Shown here one piece after another: positions 1-11,621 of a stretch of DNA of 64,000 bases. The DNA is from Marsupella aquatica. Its lineage: Eukaryota > Plantae > Marchantiophyta. The position numbers and the translations under genes are program-made. Where the stretch lies: the NCBI GenBank assembly GCA_973895155.1, contig OZ316897.1, forward strand, positions 6,748,470 to 6,812,469. The letters run 5' to 3'. The notes below the pieces were generated by a model. It ran no database searches. It was not told the origin of the DNA and worked only from the letters and a program-made list of their open reading frames with translations. Position 1 is the stretch's first letter. The number at the start of each line of letters is the position of its first letter.

Positions 1-109
1 TTAATAGTTTTACACCATCCCAACCTTCATCTTGTGCTTCCTTCCAAGCTGTGGGGGCCTCCTTGTCCAAGCTTGCAACTATGCCCCCAGAAAGGAATAG
101 ACATTCATT

Positions 110-2700
110 ATGCAAATATCCAAGGGTCATGCTTCCCTCTGGCCGTGCAGGTTGACGAACCCATGACTTCAACACTTTCATGTACCTCTCCACCCAATAC
201 ATCCACCGAGCATGGACTGGCCCAGCTATGGCCACCTCATCCACCAGGTGACTCACCAAATGGGCCTACATGACAAATTTTTTTGGAGGCAACACTTTCT
301 CCAAATCACACATCAAAAGTGTGGTTTTTTCTTGCATGGGTTCAATGTCACTCACTTTAATTTCCTTACTGCACACCCATCTGCATGTTTAGGACCCACA
401 AATCAGTACGTCAGTACTTCTAAAACAACAAAAAAGTGTGGCCCACCAAAAGTACCACATGAAATAACAAGCCTCCATACCTAAACAACCCACACAGGTC
501 ATAAAGAGCCTGGCGTACTCCCCTCCGCAATCCTTCATCATCACAACAACGTAATACCACAGGCAACACATGTTGCATGAAACTTGTGGTAATCATGGGA
601 TTTTAACCCAATAGGAGGCGTACTATCATCACGCGTTGTACACCCCCAAATCCGGCCCCATAATGACTTGGGAATTTCATCCCACAAATCATTCCATTCA
701 TTCTCCTCAATAGTGGTCTAGACAAAGACCATGGGGCACCCGACACTACATCATCACGGGATGTCCAACCCCGTGTCCAACACCCCTTGACCGTTCCAAC
801 ATCTTTTACATCTTCACGTATGGCCCCCGACTCTTTGTTGCCATTCAAATGTGACACAATGTTCTTGGTCACATTCACCTCAACGTACATAGGGTCTATC
901 AACCACCTTATTAATAGCATTTGCATTCTCAGACCACATCACAACAGAATCAATGTTGATACTTCCAATTTAAACTTGTCATGATAGCATATGACCCGCA
1001 ATAAACAATGACTATAAAGAGAGATACAAAACCACTCTTACCCTCCAATAAGGTAAATCCCATAGGCAGCTCCGGGAATTCACCCCAGTTTCTTTGGGTG
1101 TCTTCAAACCCTCCTTTACCAATGATGCTAATTGAAGTTGAGCTTTTGCTGAGGGTCCAGAAGGACATTGCCGCAACTCCACATTTCTCCAATGCCTTGT
1201 GTTATGCCGCAAAGGATGATCTAAGGGTAGGTGACGACTTGCTCCCTCATATGTGGTCTTCCGGATTTTGCGTGAGTACCTCCCCCGTAGATTTGGCCTG
1301 CAAGATGGACAGGCAGTACTGTAGCCAGCGACCTTCAGACCAGAAATGGTGTTCATACCTTTAAGACATACCACCTCAAAATGGAACATTATACTTGCGG
1401 ATCATTTAACGTAGCCATTTTGATGTTAATGACACATTACGTCATTCTGAAAGACGTTAAGGTTACCCGAACGTCGTACCTTACGACATTTCCCTCCTAT
1501 TAACTAAAGTTTACATCATGGCAGGCGATGTATAAACTAGGTACGTCCTTCATGACAACGCTAAAAAGGAAACATGGACATTTTTAACCGAACAATTCAT
1601 GTCATGAATACCTAGTGTATAGGGGCATACCTGGTCCATCGGTTGTGCAGTGAGTGAGCATAGCCCTCATTTGGAATGGTTGAGGGCCTTCAAGAACATT
1701 GATTGTGGGTGCTCCTACCTCCCACAGGTGTTGGAACTCTTCAATTGCAGGTGGCAACCAAACTGAAGGATCTTTACATGCCTGGGGCCAGGTATGATTT
1801 CACGAAGCATAACGTGCCCTTTTTCATTGCATAACAAGGAGAAATATTCTGGTTTAGGAGTATCACAGGCCATGTGGACTTTGGTTTCCTCCTTTGCTTG
1901 TATGGGTTTACTCCATCCAATGCCAATCCCAATCGCACATTCTGTGGCTCCTCGACAAACTTAGGGAAAGTGGCATCAATGTGCTTCCAAGTAGGACTAT
2001 CCTGGTGATAATGCATCATGCTAGGAGAAGATTTCACCTCATAATGCCATTTCTGCAATTCAGATAATTGCTGTCGGCGATAAAGATTTGGTAGCCGTGG
2101 AGTCGCAAGAAAGTACCATGTACAACACCTAGTACACTTAATGTACACCACATTCCGCATTCTTACTTAGCTGGCTATGGGAAATTTGCCAATACATGGT
2201 ACATTTACAATGCACTTGACATTGTACCTTTTCTGGGATTTTGTCGCCAAGTGTGTCGCTTCGATACCGTGGAAGATTGCATCCTAAAATTGGACAAACA
2301 GTAAGATCCGCATACTCCTTTTTGTACAAGACACACCCTCTTGGGCAAGCATGTATGATCTCCAAAGTCAGCCCTATTGATGAGAGCAGTTTCTTGGCTC
2401 CTCTCACACCTTGGGGCAAAGTATTTGGTTGTGGCAATAGCTTCCAAAGTAACTCAAACAATGCATTCGTGTGAACATCTGAGGTATTGAACATCCCCTG
2501 CAAATTTAACACCAATATAGTGGCAGCCATCCTACACAACAGGTTCACCCATGCATGAAGACAACTTCACTATGAACACAGTCACAAGCTGCCAAGATAG
2601 GATGAAGGTGTGATCTGCTTACCGTGATGACTCTGATCCCTCAAACAATGGAGTCCTTGCTTCTTTCTCAAGTTTGTCCCAATTGTAGTTGACATTGTCT
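110..2700 (-). pseudogene. CACTA Tnp2 transposase (Transposase_21/DUF4218-type) pseudogene, intron-containing
   Basis: Motifs LLPQPNTLP...IHACPRGCVLY...CP (2138-2548), DSPTWKHID..FPKF..EPQNVRLGLALDGVNPY...STWPV (1774-2160), DPMYVEVNV (603-926) and HLVDEVAIAGPVHARWMYWVERYMKVLKSWVRQPARPEGS (about 130-250). Stops and frameshifts are present. Confidence 0.9.
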
Positions 2701-3065
2701 GAGCCATCATGTGGGCCAAATGACTGTCTACCAAGTGGGAAAATGCATGATCTTCCTCCAAAATGGGGGGTCGGTCATTTTCATCCTAAAAAATGTGCTC
2801 ATGGTGAAAAGGGGATCCATCCATGTCATAGTAGGATGATGTATACTCAGACGGATCATGGTCCTCCTCATTGTGCCTTTTGTAAAATGCACAGACAGAA
2901 GGAGCCATCATTGAAGTATGAGGCGTGGGAGTCACGGTGGAGTTATGCTACATACATGACATTAAGTTCACATTGACACAACATAACATGGTCATAAGTA
3001 CAATGAAATGCATGAGGTGCACACTAGTATGTACTAAGGTATTTTGTACAAATTGTGAGTCAATG

Positions 3066-3533
3066 CTAATCGTAATCCACAAAAATCTCATCTCCAAACT
3101 GAATCGTGCGAGTGGCATGCATGATAACATACTGGGTCACTCTACATGGCAGGCGAGGGTGTACCTGTTGCACATACTCAACCCACTCCGCATTGGGGCG
3201 ATACCCACAACGACGCGATCTAGTGGTGTTGTTGATGTCCCCAGTTAGGTTCCCAGTCCTAGGCAGGAATCCATCAATCTGACTAAAATGAGGGTCCCCC
3301 TTAATCGCTATACCATAGCAACTAAAGGTAGGGCACTGTTGTGTCAAGATGCGCCAAGCAGCAGCTGAGTACCGTGGCCCATAAAGAGGAAAAAGTTGAG
3401 GATAGTCCATAGGAGGACAACCCTCTGCCACTCTGATGTCGGATAGGGCAAACAAGCCTAACCCAACCTCAAGCCCAAGGAGAGAGGGAAGAACGACCCA
3501 TGGCCAGTCCCAAACAAAGAATGGCTCTCCAAC
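3066..3533 (-). pseudogene. SET-domain (lysine methyltransferase-like) ORF inside the CACTA element
   Basis: Open frame 3533 to 3066 reads VVLPSLLGLEVGLGLFA...IDG...GNLTGDINNT...PNAEW...HATRTIQFGDEIFVDYD. This matches SET motifs GxGLFA, (R/G)xINH-like, PN and ATRxIxxGEE(L/I)xxDY. An in-frame TAA lies just upstream. Confidence 0.75.
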
Positions 3534-4429
3534 TTAGAATGCTCCATAGTTAGGGTACCCAAAACTAGTGGGGAAGGAGTCCTTCACGACTTCAAGAGCT
3601 CTACCATGGAGCTCCTTGGTAGTCCTCAAAACTGAAGGATCGTCTCAAAAATGGTTCACCCATGCATCCATGCGAGGCAGCCTCATCATGCGTGGATGAC
3701 TATAGAGGATGCCTCATCATGCATGCACATCTAACGACGCATGATGAGGCATCTGACTGTAGAGGATGCCTCAAGATAGTAGAACGATCTAACAATGGCT
3801 CAAGATAGTAGAACGATCCTGATCCACCACTCCCTTGCACCGTCTGCATGGGCAAGGGGTCTTTCACAGTGGAACATATGAATCCATAGCAGCCATAGTA
3901 GCAACCTCCACACGAGTTGACCGAGGTAAAGAACCAGATGATGTGGATGAAGACTGACGTTGATGATGATGATGCTGACATCTCAATACATGACGATGGC
4001 GTCACCTACGATCCCGATGAATTGGTGTATCACTACGGTTGTCATGACGATCTTGACTCTTGCTCCGATGTCTGTATCGATGGCAAGATCTATCACGAGA
4101 CCTCCACCTCCCATCCCCATCTGAATCTGAGTCGGCCATGTCCCTCGGCATGTCTAGAAATCCAGGCAAAGTAAGAACCATTACCCTAAACTTGCCACAA
4201 ACCCTAAACCTAAAACTCTCAACTCTGTTAATGTTGTACAGAACAAGTAAATATCATCAACAATGTTCTAAACAATGTAAACTACGTCATACGTCGCTTC
4301 GAAAACATTACGTGGGTGTTCCCACCAAAGGTAAAGCCTTCAATACGTGGTATGGGAATTAAGACGCAATTAGCGCGTGACTGTTGTTCTGAATGACGTT
4401 AATTAGTTAAACAACATGAGGCCGAGGCT

Positions 4430-6500
4430 TCAAGCGGTGGGAACTGGGACGAAGGGAAGGAAGGGAATGGAAGGGAGATGCCCCCATTGTAAACCTCCAC
4501 ATTCAAAACATTCACGTTCAGGGTTTTGCATGGAATAGTGAGCAACAACAATGGCAGGGGTTCCTTTCTCACTGAACTTTGATGCAAAGAAAGTTAAGAA
4601 TGGAGATGCATAAGAGATTGAGAAGGTGCGCACAACAGTGGAATCAACGAACCCAATGATAGTAGCTTTCACACACAGCTGGAATTTCATGGGATTACCG
4701 GATGGAAGCAAGGAGTCAAAGTTTATTGCTTACCTATGCGTTTGGTGTGCGAGCTAGGTCTTGTTGGAGGAGGATGTGGGACCGGTTTGTGTTGCTCACG
4801 GATACTCTACAGATCTTCTAGGACCTTTGGCTCCTCCTCCTCCTCCTCCGGACTTAGCTGGCATTTTTTACACCCAGGTCCCCCTACAGCTCACACCAGT
4901 CAGAAGTCAGGTTCATGTAGTGGACAGATCAAGTGGACGACAATGAGAAAAAAGTCCTTTGATTAGGTCATCTTCAGAGAGAGATGAGCAAAGAAGAAGG
5001 AAAGGGAAGGAAAGAGATAGCCTGAGTGACAGAAGGAGCAATGGAAGGAGTGAGAGAAGATGAGAAAGAATGCGAGATTGCACCACTGAGAGTGAGAGGA
5101 GGAGCAGACGACACTCACCACGAGAATGTCATGGCAGGGGTTGAAAGGAGCGCGCATCACATCCTCCACTGCCAACAATCAAGCTATCAGTGTTTGATGC
5201 GGTTCCAGAGGTCCTTGACAAGAAAGGCTTGACAAACTGCATGAAGTTGGTCCTTGGCCGGCATTGTCCCAACTGGACCATTTGGAAGGACCTGCAAAAG
5301 GACAGTCAGAGGTTGCAGCTCATTAGCAACGATGTGCAGGCCGGATTCAAGAATGTTGAGAGATAAACTTGTGCCACCTAAAGTCGAAGATCATCTCCCA
5401 CCTGGCCAATTGTCGCTTCAGGTGGAAAGAGAAGGTAAGGGACCACCAGGAACGGACCACCAAACAGTACAACCAACCTGAAGGGATGGCCAAGGCTGAC
5501 TTTCAAATTATAGTGAAGGAGCTCACGATAGTACTTGACACACCAATGGGACACCATGCATGAATGGGGGATATTGCCACTCAAAAGTGAATGTTGCAAC
5601 CCAGGAAAGTGGTCACCAACTACTAGGGACAAGGCGGGTGGAGGGGGTTTCTCCCCAAATATGTAAGTGTGGTTGCCTCAATTTTCTCCCAATTTAACAT
5701 TGGTTTTCAGCATTAACAATGTAGTCGCCGCATGTTTACGTCGCTCCAGACATCATAATATTAGGGCTTGCCATTTCATGTCGTTTGGAACAACGTTTGT
5801 TCCGGTTAACGTCACTTTGACTATGTTAATGCTACTGAAAATTTTCACAGAGCCTGGAAACGTCATCGTAGATGATGTAATGTGAATTTCTCTGTTATGT
5901 CCCGTCTGACAACGTAAAGTCTCTTCTAAACGTCCTACGGAACGACATTTTTGAGAATGTGCAAAAACTGAAGTATGGTCGTGATGCCAAGCCCATAGAG
6001 CATGAGAGAGTATTTTCAAAGAGTATGGGCCTTGCGCATTATGGCTACGATTAGACACAACAGGCGAGGGGAGGAGGTGAGCATGAAGGACAGAACCTCA
6101 TACCTTGTTGCTTAAGACATCCATTGCCTCATGGTTGCATGCATGTCACTAATTAATGCGTGAACCTGTGTTGTAGGTTGACTGGAGTGCTTCGATAGGT
6201 TGCATTTGTCGCCCTATATCTGAGGATGATGAGAATGATGAGACGGGCTTAGTCGATGAGGAGTGTCCCACTCGAGAGGCATTTTGGCAGGCACAGGCGA
6301 GTGCTGATGGTGTAGTAGACAAGAGTCATGAGGGTACTCATGCTGCATGTGACCTATTTCCCGTACGATCTAGAGATAGGAGGGGAGACCAGCAACGGCA
6401 GTCAAGAGGAGCCTGGGCTACCCAGGGTGAGAGAGATAGTGTGCACTCACAGGCGGGTAGGAGGAGGATGCCACATCGTGCATCCGAGCCAGATGCCACT
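4430..6500 (+). pseudogene. Second CACTA ORF relic (TnpA/Ptta-like), heavily disrupted
   Basis: Coding-like fragments with stops, e.g. LKSKIISHLANCRFRWKEK...GQGGWRGF. It has a GT-AG intron-like segment from 5662 and lies next to the Tnp2 ORF. The family assignment is by position and resemblance only. Confidence 0.4.
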
Positions 6501-6573
6501 GAGGGAGATAGCGACCACCTAGTTTGGTGTAGGCCAGCATGATCCAATAGGGATGCGGGGCCGTGTCATCGGA

Positions 6574-6657
6574 GTGCTAGGTTGGATAGTGCTAGGTTGG
6601 ATAGTGCTAGTTAGGATAGTGCTATGTTAGGATAGTGCTAGTTAGGATAGTGCTATG
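6574..6657 (+). repeat. Short tandem repeat, about 15-bp unit (gtgctaggttggata-like), about 5-6 copies
   Basis: Directly visible imperfect tandem array. Confidence 0.85.
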
Positions 6658-9099
6658 TAGGCCACAATTGTAAATAATTTGTTGGCATCTTAATCACGAT
6701 TCATTTTGTGCATGTACACACTATGTTATATTCCCGACACCCTACAAAACATACATGTCTGATGAAATTGTAAACTCGACCACCAATTGGCAGCATGGAA
6801 AATAATATAATCCACACTAAAACATTGTGCCTTGACCCCGGCCTCGACCAGAACTTATCCTCATACAAGGCAACATAAATTTGGTTACGTTCTCCACCGT
6901 ATGGCACTTTCCAACATACACAAGGATGTTTCTTAAACTAATGTCGGCCAGTGATTGGTTCTTTACCCTAAACACTACGACGTTACGTTATACTTAATGA
7001 CGAATGACACGACATTTGGTACCAAAATCAATACATCCGACAATGCCTTTTGCATCGTCCTGTCATTTATAAATACATGCTTCAAGGCCGATGATATGTC
7101 ATTTTACGTGCTTCTATGCTTGGAAACTATCCCTTCATGTCACGACGTACAGGAACATCTTATTGGGCGCCATAAATAACGTCCCCTGATTTGTGTCGGT
7201 GGGTATGACGTACACAGACGACGTAAAAACTCTTCTAAAATGACATGTACGTGAGACGATGTTAAAAGCTTAAAAATGTAGTTGTGTACATGCAAGTTGG
7301 ACCTAAGGGGCAACTCGCATCTTCCCGACCCTGCACAATTTGGCCATAAATAACTCACATGCCAGCATGTCACTGAATGAGACTTACCCGGCTGAACCTC
7401 CTGATGCGCCAGGCCTCACAACACCATCCATGCACAATGGCAAGGGCTGGAAAGCTTCCATCCTTGCAGGTCCCAACCTTTGCCTTGTGAAAAAACAAGA
7501 AAAACTGTCTCGGAAAACTGTACACTTGTTGCAAGTTTTGTTGTCCTTGGGAACTAGGGAACCAGATTTGTGTACGATTATGTTATCAAGGAAGTGCCAC
7601 TTTTTCCCATAAGTATCGGGAGTGCAAATTAAGGGCCGCATGCTTGAGGGGTTTTGCATGTGAGTTGGCCCTACGAGCATCTCTACCCAACTGGGTTTTG
7701 CTACTGTAACAGCTGGATGTTGACCAAACCCAGTAAAGAAAATCTAAAAAGCCAGGTCCAACCCACTCATTGTAACACTATTTTAATCCACGAAAGAGGT
7801 TTTCTGGTCAGGCTATTTGAATTCCAGGAACAAGGTTTTTTTTTTACTGGACCTGTACATGGGAGAGATCAAGAACTATAATACAATGTTCCGCCTTTTT
7901 ATGCACTGGTTGTCTTTTGAATTTGAAGTGCCCCCAAAAGTAATGAATCTGACCAAAGAGAAAGAATAAACATAAATAGAATTATATTTAGTGTGAGGGA
8001 AAGGGTGACACGTTTTCCAAGCAAGAAATAAAGAGTACTGCATACCAATGCACGATAATCAAGTTCTTCTTAGACCTCATATCCTCATATGCATAGTACC
8101 ATCCATTCCTAGGAAGCCATCCATGCATAAGAAATACTCCTCTCCATGCCTAGACAGTAGACAAAGATATCAAGTACCCATACAAAGATATCAAGTACGC
8201 ACAGGATCATCTATGAAGAGTTATATTCATTATAAATATCACATAATGTAATAGAAACACAGAGAGAAAGAGGGAATGGGGGGTAGGGGTGGGGTAGGTG
8301 TTTACATATGACAGGAAACAATAAACAACAACATGAAACAAAAAAATGGTAACAGGAAATTGGGTTTTTTGTTTTCTTATTGAATTTTTTTGAAAACAAC
8401 TAAAATATTTGGTGATTTGGTGGACATTTTTATGCTAGCGCCCGGAGCTAACAATAGTAGCACTCAGAGCTAGCGTAAAAATATTGTTTTTTAATAATTT
8501 TGGAAAAGAAGAATTTAAATGACACATTTGTAGATCACCATTTTTGCTGGTAAAAGGAAAAGCTTTATTGGTACCAAACAACCTGTTTCCTGATTCCTGT
8601 CTCGGTCCCGTAGGGTGGGGGGGGAGGGGGGGGGGGGCGGTGTTTAAAGAAATTAAAAAAAATTGAAAAATGCGAAGACAAACCTTTGTGGTTGCTGTCG
8701 AGCATTTTTTGCACAATGACATCTTTCACTAGAAAACATATTTTGCGCAATGAGATATTTTTAACAAATAATTGTTTTACTCAATGATATATCTTGCACC
8801 GTCCATATACTACTCAAACATTGAACAAACTTCAGAAATTTATAACTCCGTCTCACATAGCACAAATTGCAGTTTGGGGTACTCAACCACATTGAGTAAC
8901 CAAGATTTGTTTGATTCACTTCTATCAAATGAATAACACATGTATTTTCACATAAGCTACAAACTAACATCCTTTTCACTCTCCTACAACTTGTCCCCTG
9001 TGTCTCATCCTTGCAAGACGGCATACAGCCCCAAGAGAAGTGGGTTGAGCCGGCTCTTCACCTGGTTCACCAACATAGGAGCCACTTCAACAGTAGCAT

Positions 9100-9400
9100 C
9101 AATGTCAAAGCCAACTCGACTCCCTTCAAAATTCACTCGATACTTTGCTATGATATTCTGAAACTTAGGTGTAAATTTTTTTTCAGACTATACACCATTC
9201 ACATTGAGAGACAAACCAGTGTTTATCATTGAATTTTGTGCACAAGACATGTCATGTCTATCAATGTAACTATTCAGCTCAGCTACAAAGTCCCTTGCCA
9301 ATGTCAAAAACCAATGTTTGTCTGGATTTATCAATTTCCCATATGTGCTCCGTGTCCCAGTCCCCACATTTTTTGGGTTTTCATTTATCATTTTTGGAAG
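9100..9400 (-). pseudogene. Probable pogo/Tc1-mariner (DDE_1-type) transposase C-terminal relic
   Basis: GKLINPDKHWFLTLARDFVAELNSYIDRHDMSCAQNSMINTGLSLNVNGV*SEKKFTPKFQNIIAKYRVNFEG resembles, from memory, the C-terminus of DDE_1 transposases (GKLxNPGKxFFLxLA...YARKAMIRxGLSLxxxG.W). No TIRs were identified. Confidence 0.4.
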
Positions 9401-9991
9401 TGCAACGAGAATAAGCCAAAGGAGATGCAGATTAATTACCAGTGACATTTTGACATGTAGTCTTGATTCTCTCTCGGATTCTCTTTCCTTTGGTCTAGCA
9501 AATCCAACTATGATGGCCAATCCATTCCTGCCATGTTATCAATCTGTCAACCTCCTTTCACAAAGACTGACAAGCTAAAACACAAAGAAACTTTCTAAGA
9601 ACATACACACAAAGAGATGTCACTGGTAATCCGGATAACTTTGGAGTGGGTCCAGTTTAGGGTTACCACCAATAACATTATTACCTCTAATTATCAATAT
9701 TTTTCAATTATGTTAATTTATTTTTCAAAATTAGGGGTGATGGTAAATAGTGTCACTTGGGTGAAAATCAAGGGTTACACCTAATTAGTGTGTGTGATAT
9801 TAATTGTTAGTGACACTAATTGTTTTGTAACACTAAATACTGTATGTAAAGAGTGTAGTTATACAATAATTGACTCATTTATGGGTTTGTTGTTGGGTTT
9901 TCAAGATCTCAATCTAAGGGCTATCAGATCTTGATACCTGCTCTTTAGTGACGATTACCCCATCAGGGTCCATCAGGGTTGGGGCTGCTAC

Positions 9992-10073
9992 AGAACTAAA
10001 CAGTGAACTGAATGTAGGGAGCTATAGTGTATTTGTAAAGAACTAAACAGTGAACTGAATGTAGGGAGCTATA
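9992..10073 (+). repeat. Direct duplication of about 35 bp (agaactaaacagtgaactgaatgtagggagctata) x2
   Basis: Visible in sequence. Confidence 0.85.
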
Positions 10074-11398
10074 AGACTGGGTATTTTGTGTATTTGTAAG
10101 CAAAACCCCCTTAGGTTGGAGATGCTCTAAACTATAGCCTTGCCACTAGTACACCCGCCAACACTCTTTAAACTCCCCTCTTCTGACTTCCTTCATTGAC
10201 AGTTTGACGCAGTCAACACATAACAGACCGTGTCGGACCCCCTTTTCCGCAGTTTCCTTCGCACACAAGGAACGAACACCAAACTCACTTTCCTTTTCGG
10301 TGACTGCCCAACCTTTTGTGTCTGCGTGACTGGTCTGGTTCCTGGCGCAGATTCTTGCTTCCGCATTGCTGCGCAGTAGCATCAACAGAGATTACGAAAT
10401 GATCGTCAGTCGGAGATGGAGGTAGCTTCCCCAAGATTGGCCAGTACTGAATCTCACATCAGATTGTGCAGACGAAGCATTATGAAATTTGCTCTCCGAA
10501 AGATGAAAGATGTCTTGATGAATGAAATTACTTGTGAAAAAGAGGCGAAGGTGGCGTGCATGCAAAAATGTTTGCCAGCATCAGTATGATCTCATGATGA
10601 GGAATCCATATTAGTCTCTGTTCATAGAAACGGCTACCAGGACGATTACTGGCGCGAGAGGAGGCCTGACGTAAGTTCTATGCCAGAAGGTATCTAAATG
10701 AAACGAAATATGGGAAAGGTTTGGTGGTACAGAAATGTAATTTCTTGGAAGGAAAGACTCATGAAGAAGCCCAGGGATTGATTGCCTGCAGCCCTTCTTG
10801 GGAAAACAGAGTTCGGAAGAGTAAAAAACAAAGGCAAAAATGGAAAATGTTCTAATGATATGTAAATATAGTCGGAAACATCAGAGATTGAATCTTGGAG
10901 GACGAGAGGAAAACTGAATTTAATATTACTGAATTGGACGACGGAGAGTGAGTAATTGTAAGCATATGGTCGGAAAATAGAGACATGATTCGGTTGGAGA
11001 GAATGACCTGGATCCCATATAGACCAACACGGACACTGGGACTAGAAGCAAGACGTTCCTAGACTGTGTAGACTTCAGAGTAGAGGGAGGAAAGAATGGA
11101 GATGTCTAAAGGCTAAGGCTACAATGAGAAGGGAGGCAGCGAATTCCAAGGCGAAAAAGAGAGAATGACGAGACATGAGTTTGATTGTGAACTCCACTGA
11201 TGGTCAGGCGACGGAAAGTACAATGCAGAAGTGTGCCAGAAAATTTGTCAGAATTAAATAATTGACACCAAAAGACGGAATTTACCCAAATCGAGCCGTG
11301 GGGCCAAGGAGTTTGTAAGAGAGCCCACTCATTGTTTAGCGGGGACATAGGGAATACCTGTACTTGAAAGAACACTAGAAGGAGCCAATTGGTCATGG

Positions 11399-11621
11399 GT
11401 GGGATGGGTTTTGTGGGTAGTGGATTGGAGTTCTGATTATCTGTTCAGCCCCTGGTAGTCTATTTTGTGGCCCTGATTTAATTTTCTCTCCTTCCTGGTG
11501 CGGGTCCCTGTCGGATCTGTTGGGGCTCACCCTGGTCTAGATTCCCTAGAGAAAAACTGTCACATGGGGATGGGGGGAATCTAATTATATTTCCTCCCCA
11601 TTTCCGTTCAAGACAAAAAAA
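11399..11621 (+). mobile_element. Short retroposed insertion (5'-truncated LINE 3' end or SINE) with A-tail and long TSD
   Basis: agaaggagccaattggtcatgg is duplicated at 11377-11398 and 11622-11643. The insert ends in tcaagacaaaaaaa. Confidence 0.7.

Larger units (their letters stand above)
1..7286. mobile_element. Decayed CACTA/En-Spm DNA transposon (left end outside window; right end tentative)
   Basis: Tnp2-type transposase fragments on - strand (about 110-2700) and a divergent TnpA-like ORF relic on + strand (about 4430-6500). ACGT-rich clusters occur in non-coding parts. A possible terminus ...tgtagttgtg at 7286 reads CACAACTACA on the - strand, which is not canonical CACTA, so the boundary is uncertain. 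Confidence 0.7.

Noticed and set aside
4190-4216. Telomere-like aaaccctaa motifs (also near 34440)
   Set aside because: Only one or two units; these are common plant telobox-like words, not an interstitial telomere array.
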